Source of the DNA: Bdellovibrionales bacterium
Lineage (GTDB): Bacteria; Bdellovibrionota; Bdellovibrionia; Bdellovibrionales; JAMPXM01
Reading direction: 5' to 3'
Assembly: GCA_043739185.1 (NCBI GenBank)
Contig: JAYUEN010000316.1
Span: 1-13,131, forward strand
Length of the DNA stretch: 13,131 nt
Under the pieces are notes generated by a model. The model saw only the letters and a list, made by a program, of their open reading frames with translations. It made no database searches and had not been told where the DNA came from. Shown here one piece after another: positions 1 through 7,151 of this stretch. The position numbers and the translations under genes are program-made. Each line of letters begins with the position of its first letter. Within the stretch, counting starts at the first letter, position 1.

Positions 1-1242
1 GGCATCACCCGAAAGCTAACTGCGCCTCCAGGAGAGTGCTTTCCTTCAGGAATTCGCTCTTATCTCGCACAAGCTTCAATGGGAAAAGAATTCGGTGGCG
101 TTTATCGCGGCGGCTCTGGAACAAATTTAAACTTTTTCGAAGCCCAAATCTCAGCAATGGGAGAAGCACTGGAGCGATACGGTATAGGGCTTCCATTGAC
201 CTGTCTGCACGGTGATGCACCTATCTCATATCTTGGTTTGGGACCTAAAAATTGTATCGAGCCAGGTACCATGCGCTACTTTTCGAAAACACAATTCAAA
301 AATCCAGAATTTAATTTTGTTGAATTTACAAAAGACATTCCTATTTTTTGGGCCAAAGGCAAGGATCTACGAACAAATTCAAATGTCTGGGTGCCAGAAC
401 CAGCCGTTAGCGTATATATTCGCAAGTCTCCTCCTTTATTTGACAATACGACCAGCGGTCTTGGCTTGAGTGACTCTGCTGAGTCTGCCATTAAGTCCGG
501 CCTTTTGGAGATAGTTGAGCGCGATTCAGTCATGGGCTTTTGGTGGAATAAAATTTCCGCTCCACGCATTCGCCCGAATAGCATTGACGATGATGTTTCA
601 CGGCGAATCCTTGATAGTTTAAGAGCCGCAGATTATGAAATTTATATTTTAAATCAAACAAGTGACTTAGGTATTCCGGTGGTTGCGACAGTCGCCCGAG
701 GAAGATCTCCGAACCAGCCATCTTTTTTAATGGCTGCAGCTTGTCGACCAACCTATTCTGCAGCCATCAGAAAAGCGCTCATCGAACTGACCCAGATTTT
801 CAGTTACTTTCGCCATTTAAAATCCCGAGGAAATTTAATTATAACCACGCAATGGGATGATGATGTTAAAAGTTTTGACGATGCCGTTCGTTTACATTCC
901 CTTCCCCAAATGAAATTTCATCACCAGTTTTTTGTCGAGGGAATCGAAATGGACTGCCCTCCTTCAGATTTAGCAGAAAACTCAGGTCAGAAGGAGCTCG
1001 CTCAAATAATTGATAAAGCTGGGTACCGGGTCGCTTCAGTAGATCTGACTTCTGTAGACTTAGCGAAGCTGGGCTTGAATTTACAGCGGGTGGTGATACC
1101 TGGCCTGATTCCGATTAACTATGCCCATCGTAATCGACCCTTTGGCGTTGCTAGATTGTATGACTTCAAAAAAAGACTAAAGCTTTCTCCAAATGATATC
1201 GTAGAATCGGATCTTAATCCTGCTCCCCACCCTTTTCCTTGA
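1..1242 (+). CDS. YcaO-family cyclodehydratase, azoline-forming (TOMM D protein); 5'-partial
   Basis: Frame 1 is open from base 1 (GITRKLTAPP...QASMGKE), so the true start is probably upstream of the ATG at 79. YcaO ATP/Mg motifs are present: SAMGEALERY, TTSGLG, GLLEIVERDS, DLGIPVV, ALIELTQ. The C-terminus NPAPHPFP is the Pro-rich tail typical of azoline-forming YcaOs. Confidence 0.95.
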   Translation, partial: GITRKLTAPPGECFPSGIRSYLAQASMGKEFGGVYRGGSGTNLNFFEAQISAMGEALERYGIGLPLTCLHGDAPISYLGLGPKNCIEPGTMRYFSKTQFKNPEFNFVEFTKDIPIFWAKGKDLRTNSNVWVPEPAVSVYIRKSPPLFDNTTSGLGLSDSAESAIKSGLLEIVERDSVMGFWWNKISAPRIRPNSIDDDVSRRILDSLRAADYEIYILNQTSDLGIPVVATVARGRSPNQPSFLMAAACRPTYSAAIRKALIELTQIFSYFRHLKSRGNLIITTQWDDDVKSFDDAVRLHSLPQMKFHHQFFVEGIEMDCPPSDLAENSGQKELAQIIDKAGYRVASVDLTSVDLAKLGLNLQRVVIPGLIPINYAHRNRPFGVARLYDFKKRLKLSPNDIVESDLNPAPHPFP

Positions 1243-1259
1243 GATCTAGGAGGTAAATT

Positions 1260-2096
1260 TTGCCACTTATAAGGGAAACTAATTTTCTTGAACAAGATTT
1301 GTCTTTGCCAGTGCGAGAAGATTTTCACGAAGATTTTATTTTTAACACGAAGATTATTAGAGCAACTTCTGATCGCGATTTTTTCTATCGACAAGATGTT
1401 TTTTCAAAATCAAAGGATTTAAGTAATACCATTCAGGATTATAAAAGCTATCCAACATCAAAGCCAGTCGCCTTGCCGACTAGTAACCTGACACTTAAAA
1501 TGAGCTTAGAGGATGCCATATTAAAGAGAGTTTCGACGAGGAATTTTTCGAATGGCATTATAGAGCTCGAAAAAATTTCTGTTTTGCTGAGGGCTGCCAC
1601 AGGTCTAAAGAAACAACAAGAGTGGCAAACATGCATTGGCAATGAACTGTCCGAAAGATCATTTTCGCGCGCGATCCCGTCAGCCGGTGCTCGCTATCCT
1701 TTGGAGCTTTACCTTTTAAATCTTGGCGGCATTTCGAGTCTAGCAACCGGCTTTTTTCATCTCAATTTAGAAGGTTTTTATTTGGAGCAAATGGGAATTG
1801 ATCCTAAGCGAACTCTGCTCAATCAAGCAATACCGGACCTCGAAGCTTCAACTCATGCAAAAGCTTTGTTCCTCGTCAGCGGTATTTTCAATAGAACAAC
1901 GGTAAAATACGGGCGAAGAGGTCTAAGATTTGTATTAAATGAAGTTGGTCAATTACAAGCGCAGATGGCTCTTGCCGCCACGGCTCTGAATATTGGCCTC
2001 TATCATTACGGCGGCGGATTTGATCGTGAAATTGAATCAATAATTGGTATTGATGGCTTAAATGAGGCCCTTTTGGGAATTAGCATTATTGGATAA
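1260..2096 (+). CDS. SagB/ThcOx-family FMN-dependent azoline dehydrogenase (nitroreductase fold)
   Basis: TTG start with AGGAGGT at 1248-1254. Motifs LEDAILKRVSTRNFS (RxSxR), RAIPSAGARYPLELY, KYGRRGLRF (catalytic Lys-Tyr), EVG..Q...LAA.ALNIG and GGFD. Lies 17 bp after YcaO. Confidence 0.95.
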   Translation: MPLIRETNFLEQDLSLPVREDFHEDFIFNTKIIRATSDRDFFYRQDVFSKSKDLSNTIQDYKSYPTSKPVALPTSNLTLKMSLEDAILKRVSTRNFSNGIIELEKISVLLRAATGLKKQQEWQTCIGNELSERSFSRAIPSAGARYPLELYLLNLGGISSLATGFFHLNLEGFYLEQMGIDPKRTLLNQAIPDLEASTHAKALFLVSGIFNRTTVKYGRRGLRFVLNEVGQLQAQMALAATALNIGLYHYGGGFDREIESIIGIDGLNEALLGISIIG

Positions 2097-2146
2097 TTAG
2101 GTAATCGGTAAAAGCTCAATTTGTAGCACTCAGAAGGATCTAAAGA

Positions 2147-3031
2147 ATGGCGCACTATTTAGTCTGGCGTTCCGGAATTAAACTCATCGAAAACCAATCC
2201 TCACAAGTTCTTTTATCATATTTCGGCCAAGTTTTTTCCTATGATTTTGAATTGAATGATTTCCCACTCGCGCCGTTTAATAGCTTCACAGAAAATCCGA
2301 GGCAACGCTCAGAGATCGTCCAAAAATTTCGGCATCCTTTGACTGAAAAGCTTATTGACTACTTTTACAATCATAAAGTTCTTGTAGATTGCTCCCAGAG
2401 CAGCCGTGCCCATAGTCAAAACAAAGATAGCTCTAAAGTAGACCTGCTTACACATTTTTATAAATCTGCAACCACAAGCGAATCTATTCTTGAAGAGCTC
2501 AAAAATAAAAAAATTCAAGTTATCGATCTTCTTGGCCTTCGGGATAAACATTTAGATTGTTTTTCTCAGCTTGGACTAAACAATATTTCTTGTTCTGATG
2601 ATACGAGGGGCTCGGCAAATTGGGATTACGAAATCATATTGGCATCTAGGAATCAGATTGAAGCGTTAGAGGACCTCAATCAAATCTTTATCGCCACTAA
2701 AAGAAGCTATTTATTGGTGATGATGGATCAATTCGGGGGCTCAGTCGGTCCTCATTTGGGACGTCTAGATGGACCATGTTTTGAGTGTTTCAAAACTAGG
2801 ATACAACTCAACTCAATTGACTCGAAACAAATCTTTCAACCAATGAGCACTTTTTCAAATTTATTGATAAGGTACGCGGCACTTGAATGCTACCTCTCTA
2901 TGAGTCATATACGAGAGAGCCGGATTCTCACTTCGACCATCGAATTTGATTTCTACAAGTTTTCCACGAGAGAAGTGGAGATTTTGCCCCTACCACGCTG
3001 CGCGGAATGCAATCGTGAGCGCCTTCTTTAA
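2147..3031 (+). CDS. TOMM leader-peptide-binding / E1(ThiF)-like cyclodehydratase partner with probable N-terminal RRE
   Basis: VGPHLGRLDGPCFECFKTR and C-terminal ILPLPRCAEC give two CxxC motifs. The Rossmann start LKNKKIQVIDLLGL is degenerate. The first ~80 aa show a strand-then-helix pattern like PqqD/RRE. AAGGA RBS at 2134-2138; co-oriented with YcaO and SagB. Confidence 0.85.
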   Translation: MAHYLVWRSGIKLIENQSSQVLLSYFGQVFSYDFELNDFPLAPFNSFTENPRQRSEIVQKFRHPLTEKLIDYFYNHKVLVDCSQSSRAHSQNKDSSKVDLLTHFYKSATTSESILEELKNKKIQVIDLLGLRDKHLDCFSQLGLNNISCSDDTRGSANWDYEIILASRNQIEALEDLNQIFIATKRSYLLVMMDQFGGSVGPHLGRLDGPCFECFKTRIQLNSIDSKQIFQPMSTFSNLLIRYAALECYLSMSHIRESRILTSTIEFDFYKFSTREVEILPLPRCAECNRERLL

Positions 3032-3065
3032 AAACGAAAAACCCGCCTCTAATGGACTTACAAGT

Positions 3066-3089
3066 GTGTGGTGCACTCACACACCACAC
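3066..3089. terminator. 8-bp hairpin between convergent genes (possible terminator/stability element)
   Basis: GTGTGGTG (3066-3073), 8-nt loop, CACCACAC (3082-3089). No U-tract on either strand, so not a canonical intrinsic terminator. Confidence 0.3.
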
Positions 3090-3099
3090 CAGCAATGGA

Positions 3100-4413
3100 C
3101 TATAGAGAAGTTTTTGAATCAAATGGAAAATGACGTTCCTTCCGCCAAATAGAGGGGATCATACGAGCCTCATTATCAGGGGAGATACGATTGGAAACCG
3201 CACGTACGGTATAAAGTTCGGTGTCTAATTTTGCTTTAAGTGCCCTGATATCAGTACCACTCGGAAGTGGGTCAGTTAAATGAAGAACGAAATTCCGCAT
3301 GAGGTGAAAGAAAACTTTGTCTTCTGATCCATCATTGATTAGGGCCGTCATCGTGACAACTATTTTCTTCTCAGGAAAGACTTCAATTCGCTGACCTTTC
3401 CATCCGATGGCTCCATAAGAAGTCCATCCGGTCGCCCAGATGTCTTTCCACCAATACCAACCGTAGTCCGGTGAATAGGAATTATGTCCACTTTCGATCC
3501 AAGGCTCAAAGGACTGATCAACCCATTGGCGCGAAATGAGTTGGCGATTATTCCAACAGCCCTTATTGAGAAACAAAATACCGAACTTCTGCATGTCAAT
3601 CGGGCGAAGTCTTAAGCCAAATGCCCCATTGTCAATTCCCGAAGGGTCTTCATGCATCCATTCTTGATTTAAAAACTCCATTGGTAGAAAAAGGTTCTGA
3701 TTGGCAAAATCATAGAGTGATTGATGCGTGTTATACTCCACCACGCCTGCGGCGAGTGACGGCGTGATATCGGTATAAAAAAAATCCTTTCCGGGCCTTG
3801 CCAACAACGGCTGTGAGAGTGCAAACCGGACTCGATTTTTACTACTCTCCCAATCTCTCAAGCGTTTTTTGGCTTCGGGAGTATTCTCATGAGGTTCAAG
3901 CGGAGCATTGAGAGCTGACATCCCCAAAACATCTTTTATATTAAGATTAGAAAATCGTTTCCTGTCCTCGTCAGAGGAAAAAATATTTGCCGGCAAAACA
4001 TCAGCAATTTTTTGTTGGGGGCTCTGCAAATAACCTTGATCTATTGCGATACCCACAAGACTTGAAGTAACAGACTTTGTAGCCGACATGATATAATGCG
4101 CTTCCTCACCGGTCAGCGAGGAAGTCAGAAGCTCGTAAACAACATGTCCATTCCTGGAAATTGTAAAGGAGAGAACTGGAACTTGGGGATTAGCCAAAAC
4201 CCACTCTGTTATATTCAAAAGCTGTAGAAGATTGATCTCTTCGGTTTCCGGGGCACTTCTGCCAAACGAGAAGACATTGGAACATACTGGTGATGGGATA
4301 ACCTTAACTGTTGCAACATTACGCTTGATTGGAGCGCTGGCACAACCGAACATTGAAGTGTTCGCACAACCGAGCATGAATACGAAATAGGTAATGATGA
4401 GAACTGGTTTCAT
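3100..4413 (-). CDS. Serine hydrolase, beta-lactamase class C/AmpC-like (NylB-like), predicted lipoprotein
   Basis: SxxK in YIMSATKSVTSSLVGIAIDQG, Tyr motif PGKDFFYTD, GLRLRPIDMQKFG, YGWYWW and GAIGWKGQ. N-terminal signal with lipobox MKPVLIITYFVFMLG-C. Confidence 0.9.
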   Translation of the reverse strand: MKPVLIITYFVFMLGCANTSMFGCASAPIKRNVATVKVIPSPVCSNVFSFGRSAPETEEINLLQLLNITEWVLANPQVPVLSFTISRNGHVVYELLTSSLTGEEAHYIMSATKSVTSSLVGIAIDQGYLQSPQQKIADVLPANIFSSDEDRKRFSNLNIKDVLGMSALNAPLEPHENTPEAKKRLRDWESSKNRVRFALSQPLLARPGKDFFYTDITPSLAAGVVEYNTHQSLYDFANQNLFLPMEFLNQEWMHEDPSGIDNGAFGLRLRPIDMQKFGILFLNKGCWNNRQLISRQWVDQSFEPWIESGHNSYSPDYGWYWWKDIWATGWTSYGAIGWKGQRIEVFPEKKIVVTMTALINDGSEDKVFFHLMRNFVLHLTDPLPSGTDIRALKAKLDTELYTVRAVSNRISPDNEARMIPSIWRKERHFPFDSKTSL

Positions 4414-4420
4414 ACCTGAT

Positions 4421-4450
4421 AGATTACCAGATTATTTTTAAAGCAGTCAT
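4421..4450 (-). promoter_or_regulatory. Putative sigma70 extended -10 promoter of the serine hydrolase (leaderless geometry)
   Basis: Minus strand reads ATGACT-N18-TAATCT with TG-n directly before the -10, followed by 7 nt to the ATG at 4413. Confidence 0.5.
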
Positions 4451-4880
4451 TAAGGGAATACTTTTCCGGTCGGTTTTAATTAAGATGATGATGTTTTAGG
4501 ATAATTTTTTGTGGAATATGCTCTAAGGCTTCCGGCGAAGTAGGGGAATTCCCTATAAAATCAGCCGGCGAACGACGACTTCAAATAATAAATGCACCAA
4601 TATCGCGAGCAGTGCTGAAGGTTTGGCGCCCTGTAAGTTGCGTACTTTTTCACATTCCTCATCATTAAAAACGAGAGACTCAAGTTCACCCACGACTATA
4701 TCAAAATTTTACTCTCCAGCCATTTGCGATCTAGATTCTAAGCCACAATCTAGACTCAATCTAGTCGACTTTAGTTAGGGCCCCAGACTTTTATGACCAA
4801 ACAGGACTTATTAAAAATGAAGTCCCCTGCTAGAATAAGCCTATGCATTAAATTAACTCTCATTTTTCTTGAGGTGGATT

Positions 4881-5699
4881 TTGAAAACCCTTTTCAATTT
4901 AAGCTTGAGTCTCGTATTCCTGTTTACACAAATTTATTCACGAAGTGCTTTCGCAAATCAAGAGCTAGCTGAAGCGCGCTTTCAGGCTGCGTTTTCAACT
5001 GAAGTCTTAAATTCAGCAAAAAATATTGGCGGACTTTTAGAATTATTAGGTGCGGTCGCCACCAAAGAAGAAACCACAGGAATAAAAAACTATTTGGTGA
5101 GAAAAAATATTGGCTTAGACACTCTCATCCCAACTGCGAAACATAGTTCAAATAAAATTGTATTTTCAAACGGAGAAGAGTTTAAGATTTTGGGGGGCGG
5201 ACGCATTTCATACAAGGGCAAGCAATTCAAAAAATCCAAAGCGCTTGATCTGATGCTTGAAGAAATCGATCAACGACTAAGTGCCAGCCACTCTCTTTTT
5301 AATTTCATCATTCCTGAAGCCCAAGCGAGCTGGGTAATTGTTGGGATTCTGGCGGTTTTATTATTAGGCTTTTCAGCTTATACTTTTATGGGAATGAAAG
5401 CTGAAAAGAAATTAGAAGCTGCACTCGGAAGTTTGACCATTAAATGTGAGAGCGACATAGACCCCAAATTGAAACCTCTGACTTTTTTGGTAAACGCAGA
5501 AGAAGTATCCTATACTCTTGAGCAAGCCCATGAAAAAGGCTTTCCTCCTGGAGTATACGAAAGACTCTATGCAGAGTGCCTTGAACATAAAGTTACCAAG
5601 ACCTTAAGTAGCGCGGACGTCTTAAAAATTATTAAGGCCAATTATTCAGAATCTTCGGAAAAAACCGCCAAAGGCGTTCACGACGCCGTATCTCACTAA
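4881..5699 (+). CDS. Hypothetical exported protein with signal peptide and internal transmembrane segment
   Basis: In-frame TTG at 4881 is preceded by GAGGTGG (4871-4877), so it is preferred over 4869. Signal peptide ends ...SRSAFA. Hydrophobic segment WVIVGILAVLLLGFSAYTFMG. No recognisable family. Confidence 0.8.
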   Translation: MKTLFNLSLSLVFLFTQIYSRSAFANQELAEARFQAAFSTEVLNSAKNIGGLLELLGAVATKEETTGIKNYLVRKNIGLDTLIPTAKHSSNKIVFSNGEEFKILGGGRISYKGKQFKKSKALDLMLEEIDQRLSASHSLFNFIIPEAQASWVIVGILAVLLLGFSAYTFMGMKAEKKLEAALGSLTIKCESDIDPKLKPLTFLVNAEEVSYTLEQAHEKGFPPGVYERLYAECLEHKVTKTLSSADVLKIIKANYSESSEKTAKGVHDAVSH

Positions 5700-5719
5700 C
5701 CAAACTTAATTAATAATGA

Positions 5720-5735
5720 TGGCATCACGCTTGCA
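5720..5735 (+). promoter_or_regulatory. Sigma54 (-24/-12) promoter upstream of the USP gene
   Basis: TGGCATCACGCTTGCA = GG-N10-GC with near-consensus TGGCA and TTGCA, ending 60 bp upstream of the start codon. Confidence 0.75.
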
Positions 5736-5795
5736 ACGCCTTTTTTAAAAGTGTTTTTAGAGTGATTGTAGATTCACCTAAAAAAGGGGGACGGC

Positions 5796-6740
5796 GTGAA
5801 ACCAAAAATCTTAATTACAACCAATGCGCTTTTGCAATCTCAAGACAAGCTGGCAAAGGCCTATGATAGTATTTTTAATTTTGCCAGCCAAGCCTCACTT
5901 CAAACCCAACTTGCCTCTGCCGTAAGCCCTGATCTTCTTTCATGGCCATCTCATTTTGATGATGAATGGGGCAATGAATTCATGCGTCTAGCCAAAAAAA
6001 TTGCCAACGAAAACTTGAAAGAATATGAAAATCGGTCCTCTGAACCCCCCGAACTAATTCTTCAAACCATCAACTCTAAGAAACAATCGGTTCGCTCACT
6101 TATTGATTATGCTAAAAATTCTGGAGCCGGAATGATTTCTGCAATAGCTCATCTCTCTAACCATGATAATTTATTTTCCTTTCCTGGCTCATTTGTAGAA
6201 ACTTTAGTGGCAGAATCTCCGCTACCAGTTTTAGTAGTCAATTCGCAATCAGACCCAATGAGAACTGTTAGACGAATACTTGTTCCCACTGATTTTTCAA
6301 AAGCTTGTCGATTTGACTTTGGTAGGATCGTTGAGCTTTCTAAAAGCCTTAGATGCCAAATTGTATTGATGCATGTTTTAACTGTTCCAGATGGCATGGG
6401 CATAGTTGAAGGCGCAGGACTTTCTGGTGGCTGGCCAAGAATTGAGAGCTTTATTGAAAGCGTAGTAGAGGAAGCAAATAACAATGCCCGTGAAATGATA
6501 AGCTTTGCTAAAAATGAAGCTATTGAAATTGAATTTAAACTCATTCGCAATCGCGAAAGATTGACACAAGTAATTTTGGATCAAGCTCTCAGTGCACGTG
6601 CCGACCTTATAGCAATGACAAATCAAACCGGTCCTATTGCCTCACTTATTTTAGGCAGTATGACAAGGCAGCTTATGAGAAGTTCTCAACTGCCTATATT
6701 GGTATTCCCCCCACATGCCCACGATATACTGCCTGGTTAA
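5796..6740 (+). CDS. Universal stress protein (tandem USP domains)
   Basis: C-terminal domain has RRILVPTDFS, IVLMHV, ADLIAM and ILGSMTRQLMRSSQLPILVFP. Degenerate N-terminal domain ends PGSFVETLVAESPLPVLVV. GTG start with G-rich RBS. Confidence 0.93.
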   Translation: MKPKILITTNALLQSQDKLAKAYDSIFNFASQASLQTQLASAVSPDLLSWPSHFDDEWGNEFMRLAKKIANENLKEYENRSSEPPELILQTINSKKQSVRSLIDYAKNSGAGMISAIAHLSNHDNLFSFPGSFVETLVAESPLPVLVVNSQSDPMRTVRRILVPTDFSKACRFDFGRIVELSKSLRCQIVLMHVLTVPDGMGIVEGAGLSGGWPRIESFIESVVEEANNNAREMISFAKNEAIEIEFKLIRNRERLTQVILDQALSARADLIAMTNQTGPIASLILGSMTRQLMRSSQLPILVFPPHAHDILPG

Positions 6741-7000
6741 ATTGAAGATTTTTTAGGAAGACTGGTTAGGAATTTTACTGCAATTAAAAACACAGTCGAT
6801 CCAAGCATTGCAGTACCAGTGGCTTCCCAAATATTGAAATTATTAAAGCCGATTATTTCAAAAATATAGCCGCCCAGTAGGGAGCCAATTGTTCCAATAA
6901 TCGTATTTGAGAAAAAGTGATGCGGATGATCAGTCGAGCACACTTCAGTTGCAACCCAGCCAGAAATTAAACCTACTATTAAATACATTAAAAGACTCAT
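6737..7000 (-). CDS. GlsB/YeaQ/YmgE family stress-response membrane protein (transglycosylase-associated)
   Basis: LIVGLISGWVA, NTIIGTIGSLLGGYIF and ATGTAMLGSTVFL form three Gly-rich TM segments. GGAGGT precedes the ATG at 7000. The stop overlaps the USP stop in TTAA (6737-6740). Confidence 0.9.
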   Translation of the reverse strand: MSLLMYLIVGLISGWVATEVCSTDHPHHFFSNTIIGTIGSLLGGYIFEIIGFNNFNIWEATGTAMLGSTVFLIAVKFLTSLPKKSSI

Positions 7001-7042
7001 ACCCACCTCCAACTTTTAAATGCACTAGCTACGAACTAGAAT

Positions 7043-7058
7043 AGCAAAATCTTAGCCA
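7043..7058 (-). promoter_or_regulatory. Sigma54-type promoter upstream of the GlsB/YeaQ gene
   Basis: Minus strand TGGCTAAGATTTTGCT = GG-N10-GC with TTGC at -12, 42 bp upstream of the ATG. Confidence 0.65.
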
Positions 7059-7151
7059 TTCTAAATTCGTACTTTAAGACTTCTGTTCAGAAAAATGGGA
7101 CATTTTGACTTATAGCAGGTGGCTAAATTGTCCGATTGAAGAGTTCTTAAT

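Noticed and set aside
79..1242. ATG at 79 as the YcaO start
   Set aside because: The frame is open to base 1, there is no RBS before 79, and the upstream residues resemble the normal YcaO N-terminal region.
1..3031. Assignment as a thiopeptide or thioamitide cluster
   Set aside because: No split LanB dehydratase, pyridine synthase or TfuA is visible in the window; the class cannot be fixed without upstream sequence.
4561..4665. 34-aa minus-strand ORF MMRNVKKYATYRAPNLQHCSRYWCIYYLKSSFAG as the RiPP precursor
   Set aside because: No RBS, opposite strand and separated from the operon, no acidic/helical leader, and only modest Cys/Ser/Thr content.
7001..7012. TTG start at 7012 for the GlsB/YeaQ gene
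   Set aside because: This segment contains the GGAGGT Shine-Dalgarno for the ATG at 7000.
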